From Paecilomyces variotii (Eukaryota), in NCBI GenBank assembly GCA_004022145.1, contig RCNU01000007.1: a DNA stretch of 64,000 nt; one strand, 5' to 3'. The notes beneath the pieces were generated by a model that saw nothing but the letters and a program-made list of their open reading frames with translations, did no database searches and had not been told where the DNA came from. Within the stretch, counting starts at the first letter, position 1; each line of letters starts with the position of its first letter. A program made the position numbers and the translations under genes. Shown here one piece after another: positions 27,994 to 41,735 of the stretch.

Positions 27994-29869
27994 AGATTAA
28001 TAAAGGAGATATAGTTATTAGTAATTTACTAATAAAATAATATTTTAATATTTTCTTAACCTTAAAAGATTAATTTTTTTATCTTAATTAAGCAAATAAA
28101 GGCATAGGATAAGCCTGCTTAATTAAATATATATACGCCTAATTATAAAGCGCTTATTAAGTACTTTAATATTATTAAGATTATCTAGCAGTTAAATTAG
28201 AATAAGCTAATAAATAATACTAAGCTTAGTTAATAGGTAATAGAGTAGGTCTTAACTCTAGATATATTAAGCCTCTATATACTAATTAGGTTCTTATATA
28301 AATACTTAGATACTTATCTAATAGATATTAAAAAGCTTATTAACTCAGATAATATAGTTATAACTAGTAGATTACTAGATATATATTTACCTAGATAGGT
28401 ATATAGTCTAATAATAAAAGAAATAAGTAAAGAATTAAATATTTAATCTATATAAGAAGCTTAATAAATAAAAAGTAAAATAAGATAACTTAATAGACTC
28501 TTATTCCTATATAATTTAGCAGTTTTAAAGAGAATATAATAAAAAGAAATTCTTAAAAGGAATATTTTATTTAATAGAGCTATTCTTAGCTATAGATCTA
28601 TATATAGGCTTAAAGACTTCTATTAGTTTATTACTATTAAAGTATTTTATAATACTTTCTTTTTCTTTATCTAAGAATAGAGGCAGTCCTTAAAACTGGC
28701 TAAATATATTTATTATATATAAAATATTATAATTAATAAAGTAAGATAGCTATAATAATTTTAACTCTAAAAAAGGGCTAGTAAGATATTTAGAAATATT
28801 AAGATAATTAAGCGCTAAGGAAACTAAATATAATATATCTCTTAAAGAATATTTATTTCCGCTAATAGATTCTCTATAGACTATAAGGAAAGATATTAAA
28901 TCCCTTAGTTAATAGCTATAAACTAAGTAAGTATAATATAAATATTTATATTTCTAGTTATTATATTTAACTATACTAATTTAATATACTTATTTAGCTA
29001 ATAAGAAAAGCTAGAAATTAATAAATCTAAGATATTTTAATATTTATATCTATAGGAGGTATATATAATTATACTAGCTTAGTATATACCTTAAATTAAT
29101 AAGAGAACTTAAATAATAGCAGGTTTAAAAAATTCTAATTTATAATTTTATCTTAATCTAATAATCTAACTATAATAAATTAAACTTTAGTCTTTACGCT
29201 ATAAAAGAAAGAATAAAAGAAATAGTATTATTATATAGGAGCGGGGAAATAGTACTCTTATATAAAGATAAAGAGAAGAGAATAAAATATTAAATTATAT
29301 AGCTCCTACAGGAGATAAGCTATAAACTTATTATATTTTACTATTATATTCTTTATATAAATTAGATAGCAGCTGCAATAAGATACTACTTATATTAATT
29401 TATATAGAATTAATAAAGACAGGAAAAAAACTATAGATTAGTTTAGTTAAATATTTAGCTTAGCTTAGAACAGCTAAGGCATTTAAATAGAGTTAAGGAG
29501 TATAAATAGCTAGTAAATTTTAGTATTAATTAGTTCTTTAAGTAATTTAGCAATTATTACCTTTTTATATATTTTTTTAGAATCTTTAATTCTATAGTCT
29601 TAAATCTTTATAAAAGGTTAGCAGCTTATAGGGGGGGGAAAAGATAAAAAAATAAAGAGCCCGAGAAGAACTATATAAATATATATATCTTATATAAACC
29701 TTTAAAAAATATTTAAAGAGTATTAAATAGCAAAGTAATTATAGTCTAACCTTATTAATTTTATAATTTATAAGATTCTATTTATTTTATTAATAAATAT
29801 ATATTCTTTTTAATATTTAGATATTAAAATATTAATTAGTTTTTATTAATATTCTTATTATTTATATTT

Positions 29870-29975
29870 AGGCCGCTTTATTTAGTAAGCTGCTTTACTT
29901 AATAGTTAAGCTGCTTTACTTAATAAGCTATTTTACTTAATAAGCCGCTTTGCTTAATAAGCCGCTCTGCTTAAC
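29870..29975. repeat. 17-bp minisatellite cttaataagccgctctg; counterpart at 50593-50700
   Basis: About 6 units, period 17 (50667 to 50684). Confidence 0.88.
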
Positions 29976-30898
29976 TAATATAATTCTCTGTTAACTAGGT
30001 TACCCCTTAAGCTTTTTAGTAATTATTAAATTAGTTTTATTTAATTACCTACTATACTACTAAAAAAGCCTAAATTATCTAGAGATTTAATTAAGTAAGA
30101 GGGGAGAGTTCTACTAGCAATTTACGATTTAAATAAAAATTAAATTCTATCTATATAAAAAGCAATATTAATTTTTAAAGTTCTCTATTTAATACTCTAA
30201 ACATAATTATAAGAGCGTTAGTTTTATAATAATATATAAAATAATGTGATTATATTATCTAAATTATAGGAGGAATTGCTTATATAATAGATATTATCTA
30301 TAGATTAATATAGAGTAAGTCCTTAATTTATTTAGGTTTAAGGAGTAGTAAGTCTTCTTATAGACTAAGATAATAAGGTTTTAGCTAGGTAAGAACTAAG
30401 TATTTACTTTTACTAGATATCTTATAGCTAAAGAGAGATAAACTATAGGAAATTATTAAGCACTGCTAACTAAGCTAAATAAGACATATAGCCTAATATT
30501 TAATTTAAAGATTTAGTATATATTTTAAAATAGTAGACTATATAAATACCGCCTTTAAACCCCTTAGCCAGGTGTATTATATATAGAATAATAGGGTAAA
30601 ACCTATTATATAATTTAAACTAGTAGTTTAGTAATATTTATGCCAAATCTTCGCCTTTTATATATAAGAAGATAATAATTAGCTTAAACCTATAAGACTT
30701 TAACCCTATAATTTTAAACTATTTAAAACTAATCCCTAAGTTAGATTATCTTTTTTTATATCTAGATATATTATACTATATATAAAATATATAGAAATAT
30801 ATTAATTTAGGGGAGAGGATAAACTAGAAAAAGAAAAAAAGATAAAATCTAAAGCTAAATTTAAACTAGTAACCTTTTTATTTTAAAACTGCCCTGCG

Positions 30899-31118
30899 GC
30901 TAGTACTGCTATAACTAGTATTATTATAGCTAGTACTACTATAGCTAGTACTACTACTATAGCTAGTACTGCTAGCGTAGCTAGTGCTGCTAGTATAACT
31001 AATATTACTAGTATAGCTAGTGCTATTAATATAGCTAGTACTACTATAGCTAGTGCTATTAATATAGCTAATACTATTAATATAGCTAGTACTGCTATAG
31101 CTAATACTGCTAGTATAG
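30899..31118. repeat. 15/18-bp minisatellite gctagtrctrct(agt)ata; counterpart at 51619-51838
   Basis: About 13 units with lengths in multiples of 3. Possibly an Ala/Pro- or Ala/Gly-rich coding tract before RIP. Confidence 0.85.
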
Positions 31119-32989
31119 GTATAATAAAATAAAGGAGTAAAGAAGCTAATAAAGTAAAGAAGCTATATAAGTATAATAGAGTAGAGAAGCTAGCCTTTAC
31201 CTTCTTAACCTAATATAAAGGATAGGATAATAATATAGAATTAGCTCTGTTATAAATTATATATATAGGTTATCTTTAATAATAAAGGATATACTTAAGA
31301 TAACCTTAAATATAGTACTTTTAAGCATAGGACTGTCTAAAGCAGTCTTAGAAACCCCTTTATAGCTATATTTTTAGGGAGTTTAAGAGACTTAAATAAA
31401 AATTAAGAGGAGTAAAAAAGCCAATAAAATAGAGAAATAGATAAAGTAAAGAAGCTAATAAAGTAAAGAAGTAAAAAAGCTAATAATATACTCTAAAGAA
31501 TACTTAATTGTCTATATATTACCTTATATATATTCTACTAATATCCTGGGATTATCTAATTATTATAGCCTATATAAGCTGCTAGAGCCTATTAATTAAA
31601 ATATTAATTTCTATTACTAAATAATAAGTAATATAAGACTAACTTATTTCCTTCTCTAATAGAGTAAAAGAATAGGCTAGGCTATTATTCTTAGAGCTAT
31701 TAGAGATATATTATTAAAATAAATATTATACCTTTAATAATATAGGAAAGAAAAAAAAAAGCTAATAAATAAAAGCCTATATAATAAGTAAAAGCTAATA
31801 TAATAAGCTAGGGGTTAAACTAGCCTATTATACTAAAGAGGAGAAAGAGGAAAAAAAAGAGAAAGAGGAGAAAATAAGGATAGAGATACCCTTTTATACC
31901 TAATAAGCGAGGTATAAATCTTTTCCTTACTATAAATCTAAAGGGGAAGAAATATAATTACTCTCTAAATAAATATAAATAAAAAAGATTTTAAATAGGA
32001 AGAAATATAAAGTAAGGGTAATAAATAATAGTAGTTACTAATAGTAAGAAGAGGCCTAATAGTAATAAAAAGGTAATAAGAGAATATAAAAATATAAAGC
32101 TATAATAGAAGATAGGAAGGGGGAGAGAAAATAAGGAATTTAGTATAAGGATAGCTAGAGTATAGTATTATAATTAATATTCTAAATAGATTAATAAGAA
32201 GCTAGAATTTTAGATAGAAAAAAATATTCTAAAAGTAAGCTTTTATAATAATTAAAAATAATAAGCTTTAATTAGCTTATTTAGATATTAAATAAGCTCT
32301 TAACAGAATATTCTATATTTTACTAATTATTATTATCCTCTTTATTATTATTTATAGCTTTTAATTCCTCTATATATAATATTATAGTATCTAGGATATT
32401 AGAAGAAGGGGTTAGAGGGGTAAAAAGGACTATATAAATAACCTAAGCATATAAACTATAGGTTAGTATAAGAAGAAGCTATAGAATATCTATTTATATA
32501 TTAAGACCTTTAATAGTCTATATTAACCCTCTATAGGTTCCTAGAACTACCTAGCCTATATTAAAGTCTTAGATAATTAAATAGTGCCTTAAATAAAATA
32601 TTGGAGAGTATTTATACGCAGGAAATAATTATATAGTTTAAATTCTTTATAAACTCTAGATAGAAGAGATTTAACACAGCCCAGTCTAGTATTATGCCCT
32701 AGGATTTATATATACTAATAGTATATGCTACTATAATAGGGAACTAGGTCTATTAGCAATTAATATAGTTATAAATAAACTCCTAATAGGACTAAAGAAT
32801 AGAGATAATTAAATAGCTATTATTATTTTAGCAGGGATATAGTCTTTAATTATTATTAAAATAGATTAAAAGAGCTAATAGTAGATCTTACTAATAATTA
32901 TTACTCTAGACCTATATAATATTAAAAAGCATACTAAAGGAGCTATTTATTAACCCTTACTTTATCTAGATATTCTCCTTTAATATAAT

Positions 32990-34146
32990 AAAGTTTCAGA
33001 TTACTTAATTTTAGATTAATAAATAACCGACTAATATAAATTTTTAACTACTAAATTTCTAACTACTAAATTTCCTATTACTAGACTAGACTAAGTTTTA
33101 GATTAATAAATAATCGACTAATATAAATTTTTAACTACTAAATTTCTAACTATTAAATTTCTTACTATTAAATTAAACTAAGTTTTAGATTAATAAATAA
33201 CTAACTAATATAAATTTTCGACTACTAAATTTCTAACTACTAAATTTCCTATTATTAAACTAGACTTAGTTTTAAATTAATAAATAATTAACTAATATAA
33301 ATTTTCGACTATTAAATTTCTAACTACTAAATTTCTTATTATTAGACTAAACTAAGTTTTAGATTAATAAATAACTAACTAATATAAATTTTTAACTACT
33401 AAATTTCTAACTACTAAATTTCTTATTATTAAACTAAACTAAGTTTTAGATTAATAAATAACTAATTAATATAAATTTTTAACTACTAAATTTCTAACTA
33501 CTAAATTTCTTATTATTAGATTAGACTAAGTTTTAAATTAATAAATAATTAACTAATATAAATTTTTAACTATTAAATTTCTAATTACTAAATTTCTTAC
33601 TACTAGACTAGACTAAGTTTTAAATTAATAAATAACCGACTAATATAAATTTTTAACTATTGAATTTCTAACTACTAAATTTCCTACTATTAAACTAGAC
33701 TAAGTTTTAGATTAATAAATAACTAACTAATATAAATTTTTAACTACCGAATTTCTAATTACTAAATTTCTTACTACTAGACTAGACTAAGTTTTAGATT
33801 AATAAATAACTAACTAATATAAATTTTCGACTACTAAATTTTTTACTACTAGATTAGACTAAGTTTCGGATTAATAAATAACCGACTAATATACTATTAG
33901 ACTAGACTAAGTTTTAGATTAATAAATAACCGACTAATATAAATTTTCGATTACTGAATTTCTAACTACTAAATTTCTTACTATTAGACTAGACTAAGTT
34001 TTAGATTAATAAATAACTAACTAATATAAATTTTTAATTACTAAATTTCCTACTACTAGATTAAATTAAGTTTTAGATTAATAAATAACCGACTAATATA
34101 AATTTTTAACTACTGAATTTTTAACTACTAAATTTTTTACTAGTAG
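32990..34146. repeat. 87-bp subterminal array, 14 units (some shortened)
   Basis: Period measured from 33091 to 33178. Shortened units near 33790-33905 and 33995-34068. Confidence 0.95.
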
Positions 34147-35284
34147 TATTATAGCGCTAAATAGGTATTATAATAGCTATAAGATAGATTAAAGCTATAA
34201 GAAGAAATAGTAGAGTAAAACTACTAGTAGAATTATTAACTGCCTGCTATATTAAGAAGGGATTAAGAAATAAAAGATTTTAAAAATAAAAGTATTTAGA
34301 TTTTTACCTTAAATTCTTCTTCCTTTTTTTCTCTAGCTTAAAGTTCTCTATTATACTGCCTTACTAGGTTAAATCTTTAATAAATTTAATTTAGTTTACT
34401 TAAGTATAATATTACTTTAAGCTTATTCTACTTATCTTATTTTATTTCTTAAGCTTTCTGTTTAAGTATATTATACTGCCTAAAAAGCCTACCTATTATT
34501 TAATAAAATATTAGACCTCTAAATTAAATTCTTGCTATAGCGAAGCCTATTAATAAATCTAATTATTATTAGGATAACTCTAAAAATAGAGGTAAATAGC
34601 CTAAATAAGAACCTATAAAAGATATTTATTATATCTTATACTACTGGGATAATAGGCTAAAAAATATAATATTAGATAAGTTCTATAAAAAGCTGAAAGC
34701 AGACCTTATAAAAATCTAGAGAATCTAGTATTTTACTATTAATTTCCTCTAAAATAAAATTTATAAATTAGAGAATATTAAGCATTTAAATAATTATAAT
34801 ATTAAATATAAAAATAATAATAATAATCTTGCCCGCTAGCTTTACTAGGAGAAATATTATATTAAAGATATTAAATAGTAAGTTATAGAACTTATCTGTA
34901 ACTAAGAAGAATATAAGAAGGCTCTTATTAATATAGCTCTTTATCTTAATTATAAAAGTACTTTAAGACTTATAGGCGATTAGCCCCGGCGCTCTATTAA
35001 ACTACTTAATTTTCCCCTGCTTATTAATAGAAAAGACCCTAAATTTAAAAACTAGTTGTTATAGATTAAAAATAAGCTTAAGATAAATACTAATTATTAT
35101 AGAAGTAAATATCTCTATATTATATATATCTAAAGCTGCCTAAGTAGAAAAGCTATAATATATATATTTTCTAAATTTTATAAAAATTTTAGTCTCTCTT
35201 TTTAAATAGCTAATAAAATCTTTAATTATCTTTAAGCTGTTTTCTATAACCTAAACTATTATTAAAATATAAAGCGCTATAATA
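34147..35284 (+). mobile_element. 1138-bp LTR-like + gag cassette (copy 2)
   Basis: tattatagcgct ... agcgctataata form a perfect 12-bp inverted repeat. Gag motif from about 34990. Confidence 0.8.
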
Positions 35285-38200
35285 ATTAGATTAAATTAAG
35301 TTTTAAATTAATAAATAACTAAGTAATATAAATTTTTAATTATTAAATTTTTAATTAAATAGAAGTTCTAAACTAATATATAGCCTAGAGGCTTTAGCCC
35401 TATATTATCTATTACTAGGATAACTAGTCTAAATATCTTATAATAGTTAACTTTACAGCAGCTATATTAACCTAAGAATCTATAAGTATATCTCTAATAA
35501 TAGTTAAATACTAATATAAGTTATAAATCTTCTTTAATTATAGCCTAATATTATAATCTAGCAGTCTACTATTATAAGATTTATTAGTTAAAAATAATTT
35601 AATAGTTAAAAATTTATATTATTTAATAATTTATTAATCTAAAATTTAATATCTTACTAGATAAGGCTTAATAAACCTTACTAAAATTCTTGCCTAAATA
35701 TTAACCTCTTATATCTCTACTAAATTAGGTTAAATCTAGATAGAAATTAATTTATTTTATATGTCTAATTCGACTCTATAATATATTAAAAATTTAGCTT
35801 AATTCGACTTTATTTTACTAAGATATAAGGGGATAAAGTTTTATTATTAAAAAATCCGAAATAAGAAGCGGCACTAGCCTATTTCAATTTTTCTACTATA
35901 GCTTACTAATCGAGGCAAAATCTTTAAACCTTAATAACTTACGCTACAGTGGACCAATCTAAAAAAGGAATATATATTTATAATCCTTAGAACGAGCTCT
36001 ATCGATTAGTATATAGAACAATATTAAATTCTTAAAGGGGAAGTTTACTTATATACGTAATTTTGCCTTATAGAATCTCTATAAAGCAGTATATATAATA
36101 GAACCTAGTCCTTTATCTAAGATAAACTTAGGGGTCGAAGTTAGGAGAATTATAAATAGCTTAGCTAAAGAAGCATTATTTTTTAGAGAAGATTTAGGTA
36201 TTCTAGGAAAGGCTTTAATTCTTTAATTTATATGCCTCTATATATACTGCTATAAGGGAGAGAAGTTTCTAGAGTATAATATATTAGAGAATAAAGTATT
36301 AAATTAGCTAGCTATTAATATAAAGGAAAGCCTTCTCTAGAAAATTCTCTAGAAAATTTATTTAGTTAATATTACTATAGAATATTTTATAGCAATAAGA
36401 TTAAAGAGTATAAATTCTAATTATATATATCCTGGTCTAGTTACTAATACCCCTAGTAAATAAATTAATATACTCTGCTTAATTATTCTTCCAGCGTCTT
36501 AATATAAAGACTTTCTTAACTCTCTTTTAAATCTTACTAGCTGAATTAGAAGACTCTGCTAAATATCTTAATTTACTAAATATTATCGCTTATTATATTT
36601 TTCCCGCCCTTTACTATTATAATAGCTAGCTATTATATAATAGCAGTATATTAGTAGCTAAGAAGGAGGAGTTACCGCTCTTTATTTAAATAAAGGAATT
36701 TTAATAGGTATATACTAATATATTAACCTATTTTATATTAACCTTTAATTAGATTAATCTATTAGAGGTTAACTACTTCCTTAAGAAAAATAAGAATACT
36801 TATAGCTTTAAGCTACTAGACTAGGAACCTGCGAGTTATAAATATCTAGATAAAAATAGTTAGTAAAAGCTATATCTGGCCAATACTAAGACTAAGGAAG
36901 ATAAGCTAAGTATTAAAATATTCTATTATATTTGAGAATTTATTGCTAATAGTATTAAGCTTATACTTATTACTAAGATCTTTATGGCCTTAGTTTATAA
37001 GCAGGATATAGTAGTATTTATTTACCTAGAGGAGGGGTTACCCTAAAAGAAGAAAGAATCTAGGGGATATTAGAGAAATTATAATATTAATTTCTGCGTA
37101 TAATAAAGAGGCGTAGTTAAGATTTTATAGTTAAGAATTTATATTAAATCTATTCTATTATACTATACCTCCTATATATATATTTTCTCCTTATTAAGCG
37201 CTAATAGGTATATATAATAAGATCTTTACCCTTCTATTTAGCTAATCTCTTTCTTTTAAAAAATATAGTCTTTATATAAGAATATAGTCTTTCGCAAATT
37301 TACTAATAAGGTAAAGATATTATATAGACTAAATTGCCTTAAGAAGATATACTTTATTATATATATTATATAGCTTAAGCAGTCTGCTAATAGAAACTAG
37401 TTTAGTATATTTAGTAAAAGGTTAGTTAATAATTAATAGCTATAAGGTATTGACAAGATATTATATATATAAGACTAATTAAGACTAAAGTAAATATAGC
37501 ACTATATATTTAGGGAGATATATATAAAGAGTATATATTAATAATAGAATCTAATATTATTTAGCTTATTAAGGATTAAAGTATTTTAGGTATAGCTAAG
37601 GCTTTTATTAGAGCTAAGCTACTATTCTCCTATTTGTTTTAGATCTAGTTTTAGCTTAGACAGTAAGATTTCTAATTATATTATAAGCTAAGAGACCTTT
37701 AATAATAGCTATAGACTTACTGCTAAACTAGTAAAATATTTTTTTCTCTTAGTCTATATAATAGAAAATGTTATAGTCTAGTAGTAATCTTAGCATTATC
37801 TCCTTCGCATTTTATTCTATAAGATCTAGAACTTTTATTTATAGTATATATTTTAATATTAAGATACTTAGGTTAGGATACTAAGCTATTATACCTAAGA
37901 TACTACTAGCTAAAATACTTAGCTTAGTAAAATTAAGATTATAGGTTATAGTATATTTATACCTATAGGCAAGAATATGTTAAGGTATTTAATATAGGAA
38001 ATAAACTTAATTAAATAGTGTATAGATTATAAAATTAATAGTTTATAATTCTATTAGCTGCAATAAGTTAAAAGTATAAAGTAGAATATATCTCTAATTA
38101 TATATAGATAGGCCCTATATTTATATTATTTAAAGATAATTAATATTATAATTATATAAAAGCAGCAAATAGCTTTTAAGTCTCTTAATTATTCTTTAAG

Positions 38201-39889
38201 TAAGGCTTATAAAAAATACCTATAAGTATTAAATTTAATAGGGTTGCGAGGGCTTTAATATTATAATTATATATAGTATTACTGCCCTATTAACCTAATA
38301 AGGCAATCTGGTATTATTTAAACTTAGAGGATAAGGTTAACTATTCTAGCAGATACTGCTTTAAGGTTAATACATATAGATAGTATTAAGATATTATTAA
38401 GTAGGTTATTTAGTTATTATAGAATAGCTTTAATATAATTTAAATATACTTAGCTAGTTATCTACTTAGCTCTCTTACTAAATATTTTCTCTTTTTCCCT
38501 ATTTTATTATTAATTAAATTATTAATAACTAAAATAGACTCTATATAGAGCTTTACTTTTAGTATTAAGTCTTAGAGGCTCTAGAGTGTATAGAGAGTTA
38601 AAAAGACTTAGGTATATTATAGCTAATATAGAGGACTAAATATAAGCTAATTACTTTAATATAAGCGCTTATATAAGGGGGAAAACTAGACTAGAGTCTT
38701 TTAATTTTAATTATATAATAAATAATAAAACTATTATCTTTATTATACAGTATAATATATAGAGATCTTATTACTCTAGGATTATTTATTCTAGCCTTAT
38801 TTTTAAGTTTACCCTTAATAGGATATAACTAATAGGATTCTGCTTATATAGTATTAGATTACTTTGCAATTTATTTATTCTCTATACTTAATCGCGCCTT
38901 ATAGCTTAAGGTCCTATATAATATCTTATATTATTCCCTTTTATTAATAATAGTATATCTTAAACTTAGCTTACTCTTCGGTTCTAATATTAAATAATAC
39001 TTATTTATTTATTAGAAGCTTCTATTTATATAAAGTAATACTATATTGCCTATTAGGAATATTAAACAGGGTATTAAATAGTTTATTAACTCTTAAATAC
39101 TATAGTTTATATATATTTTCTTTATATACTCCTTTCTCTTCTTATTTAGGCTTTCTTTTATTATATTAGCTATAATACTTCGCTGTCTATATTCTTAATA
39201 AATATGTTAATATTCTTATATAAATAATTAGCTATCTTCTATTATATTTTTCTTATAGTATATAAGATTTATTTAACTTATCTCTAAATTGCCTTTTTAT
39301 AATTTAAAGATATAGCTTATCTCCTAATAAAATACTGTTAAATATTAAATTAAGATTTTCTTTCTTTTTAAAAATATAAGACTATTAGAGAAGTCTATAT
39401 ATAAAAGTAATAGTTAGTAGAATTAAGGTTAGAGAATATTAGATTTACTTTTTTAGCTTTATCTTTAAGTTTTATATCTTATCTTTAATATTAATATTTA
39501 TTCTTATTTAATAGATTCTAGGCTTTAGTAAATATTTTTAGTCGGTTTTTTATATTTTTATTTAATAACTTCTATATTTAAGGAATAACTCTAATATGCG
39601 CTATATCTTTTCTTATTCCTATTGTTTTTTAATTGCCCGGTAATAATAATATAGATAATTATATTAAGCAGGCAATATTTATATTCTGTATTTAAATTTA
39701 TTAATAACTGCTTACTTATTATTATTATAGTTAGGATTATAATAGATTAATATATTACTTTTATTACTGCTTATTTTAGAGTCTTTAATAGGGGAGTTAT
39801 TAGTATTAAAGTTAGTATAATCTAAATCCTTTATAGTTATAATAACTTTATCTTAATCTTATTATTTAAGAGCTAAGGGTAATTATAAG

Positions 39890-40670
39890 TATAATAAGGA
39901 TTAGATCTCTTAGCCTAGCTAATATAACTCTAAGTATTAAATATTTTTACTTAGCTAATATAACTCTAAGTATTAAATATCTTTACTTAGCTAATGTAAC
40001 TTTAAGCATTAAATATTTTTACCTGGCTAATATAACTCTAAGTATTAGATTTCTTAGCCTAGCTAATATAACTCTAAGTATTAAATATCTTAGCTTAGCT
40101 AACCTAATTTTAAGTATAATAAGAATTAGATTTCTTAGCCTAGCTAATATAACTTTAAGTATTAGATATTTTTACTTAGCTAATATAACTCTAAGTATTA
40201 AATATTTTAGCCTAGTTAACTTAACTCTAAGTATAATAAGAGTTAGATCTCTTAGCCTAGCTAATATAATTCTAAGTATTAAATATTTTTACTTAGCTAA
40301 TATAACTCTAAGCATTAAATATCTTAGCTTAGCTAATATAACTCTAAGTATTAGATATCTTTACTTAGCTAATATAATTCTAAGTATTAGATATTCTTAC
40401 TTAATTAATATAACTCTAAGTATTAAATCTCTTAGCTTAGCTAATATAACTCTAAATATAATAAGGATTAAATCTCTTAGCCTAGCTAATATAACTCTAA
40501 GTATTAGATATTTTTACTTAGCTGATATAACTCTAAGTATTAAATATCTTTACTTAGCCGATATAATTCTAAGTATTAGATATCTTAACCTAGCTAACTT
40601 AATTCTAAGTATAATAAGAGTTAAATCTTACCTAGCCGATCTAACTATAAGTATAAAAAAGATTAAATAT
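39890..40670. repeat. 36-bp tandem array with 45-bp variants, about 20 units
   Basis: Unit tagctaatataactctaagtattaaatatttttact. Variants carry a 9-bp insert. Confidence 0.95.
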
Positions 40671-41094
40671 TTTAACTAGATTTATTAAAGTAGGAGTTAA
40701 TAGAATATAAAGAGATTAAAATTTTTTTAAAATATATTAGTTAATTTGCTAGATTAGTTTTATTATTAGTTTATATTAGGAGAAAGCTAAAATTTTAATA
40801 GATAACCTCTTATTAGGCAATAATTAATCTTTATAATTATAAGAAATGCTAGCTTATATATTATTTACCTTAAATATTAATTAAGCCTTATTAAAAGCCC
40901 TATTTTAAACTAGTTCTATTTAAGAAAGTTGCTTTTATTAGTCTTTAGTAAGAAGGTCTTTTATTTAATCTAAATTACTATTACAATTAATTAATATCTT
41001 AAGTAAGATAATTATATCTATATTAGGGAATTTAAACTTTAGAATTATAAGTTTTATATTAATAAGCCTTTTATTAGAGATATTATTAGTATAT

Positions 41095-41735
41095 ATATCT
41101 TTATAATTTAAAGATTATACTAGCAATTATTAAATAGGGCTGCTTTAATAGCTATTATTAAAAGAGGTCCGCAGTTTACTCTTATAAGGTAATTAGCTAT
41201 TTTAATATAACTTAATAGTAGAAGAAATAGATAGAAGATTATATTAAATAGACTAATTATAATTTAATAATAATAGTAACTTTTAAATAGAACTTATTTA
41301 ATAGTTATTAATAGATAGTATCTATATATTATTTATATAGGGCAATTTAGTATTTTAAAGTAACTTAATTATATAAGAAATTAACAGAAGACTAGATTAA
41401 ACAGCTTAACTATAATTTAATTGCGCTAGTAATATTAGAAGAGGATAGCTTTAACTAGTAGTATTATAAAAGGTTTAGATATTACTCTTACTAGGCGATT
41501 TCTTATTTTAGATTAATTTAATCACTTAAGAAATTAATAAGAGGTTATATTAATTAGACTAGTTGTAATTTAATAGCACTAATAATTCTTAAATATAGCT
41601 GCTTTAATAGTTGCTACTAGAAGGTATTTGTCTATTACTTATATAGGCTAATTTATTATATTAAAGTAACCTAGTTATAGAAGAGATAAATAAAGGACTA
41701 GATTAAATAAGCTAGTTGCAATTTAACAGCGATAT
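41095..41735. repeat. Diverged 153-156 bp repeat, 4-5 units
   Basis: The anchor t(a/g)(t/c)aattta occurs at 41102, 41258, 41411, 41564 and 41717 with shared flanking motifs. Confidence 0.7.

Larger units (their letters stand above)
25352..36074. mobile_element. Element Z copy 2 (terminal 10.7 kb)
   Basis: Colinear with 46081-56072 apart from indels at about 31200-31850 and array length. Same terminus. Confidence 0.92.

Noticed and set aside
22191-36074. The repeated 3-kb terminal block as the LTRs of a giant retrotransposon
   Set aside because: Left edges differ between copies, homology continues more than 7 kb further in copies 2 and 3, there are no TG...CA ends, and no RT or integrase relic was recognised between the blocks.
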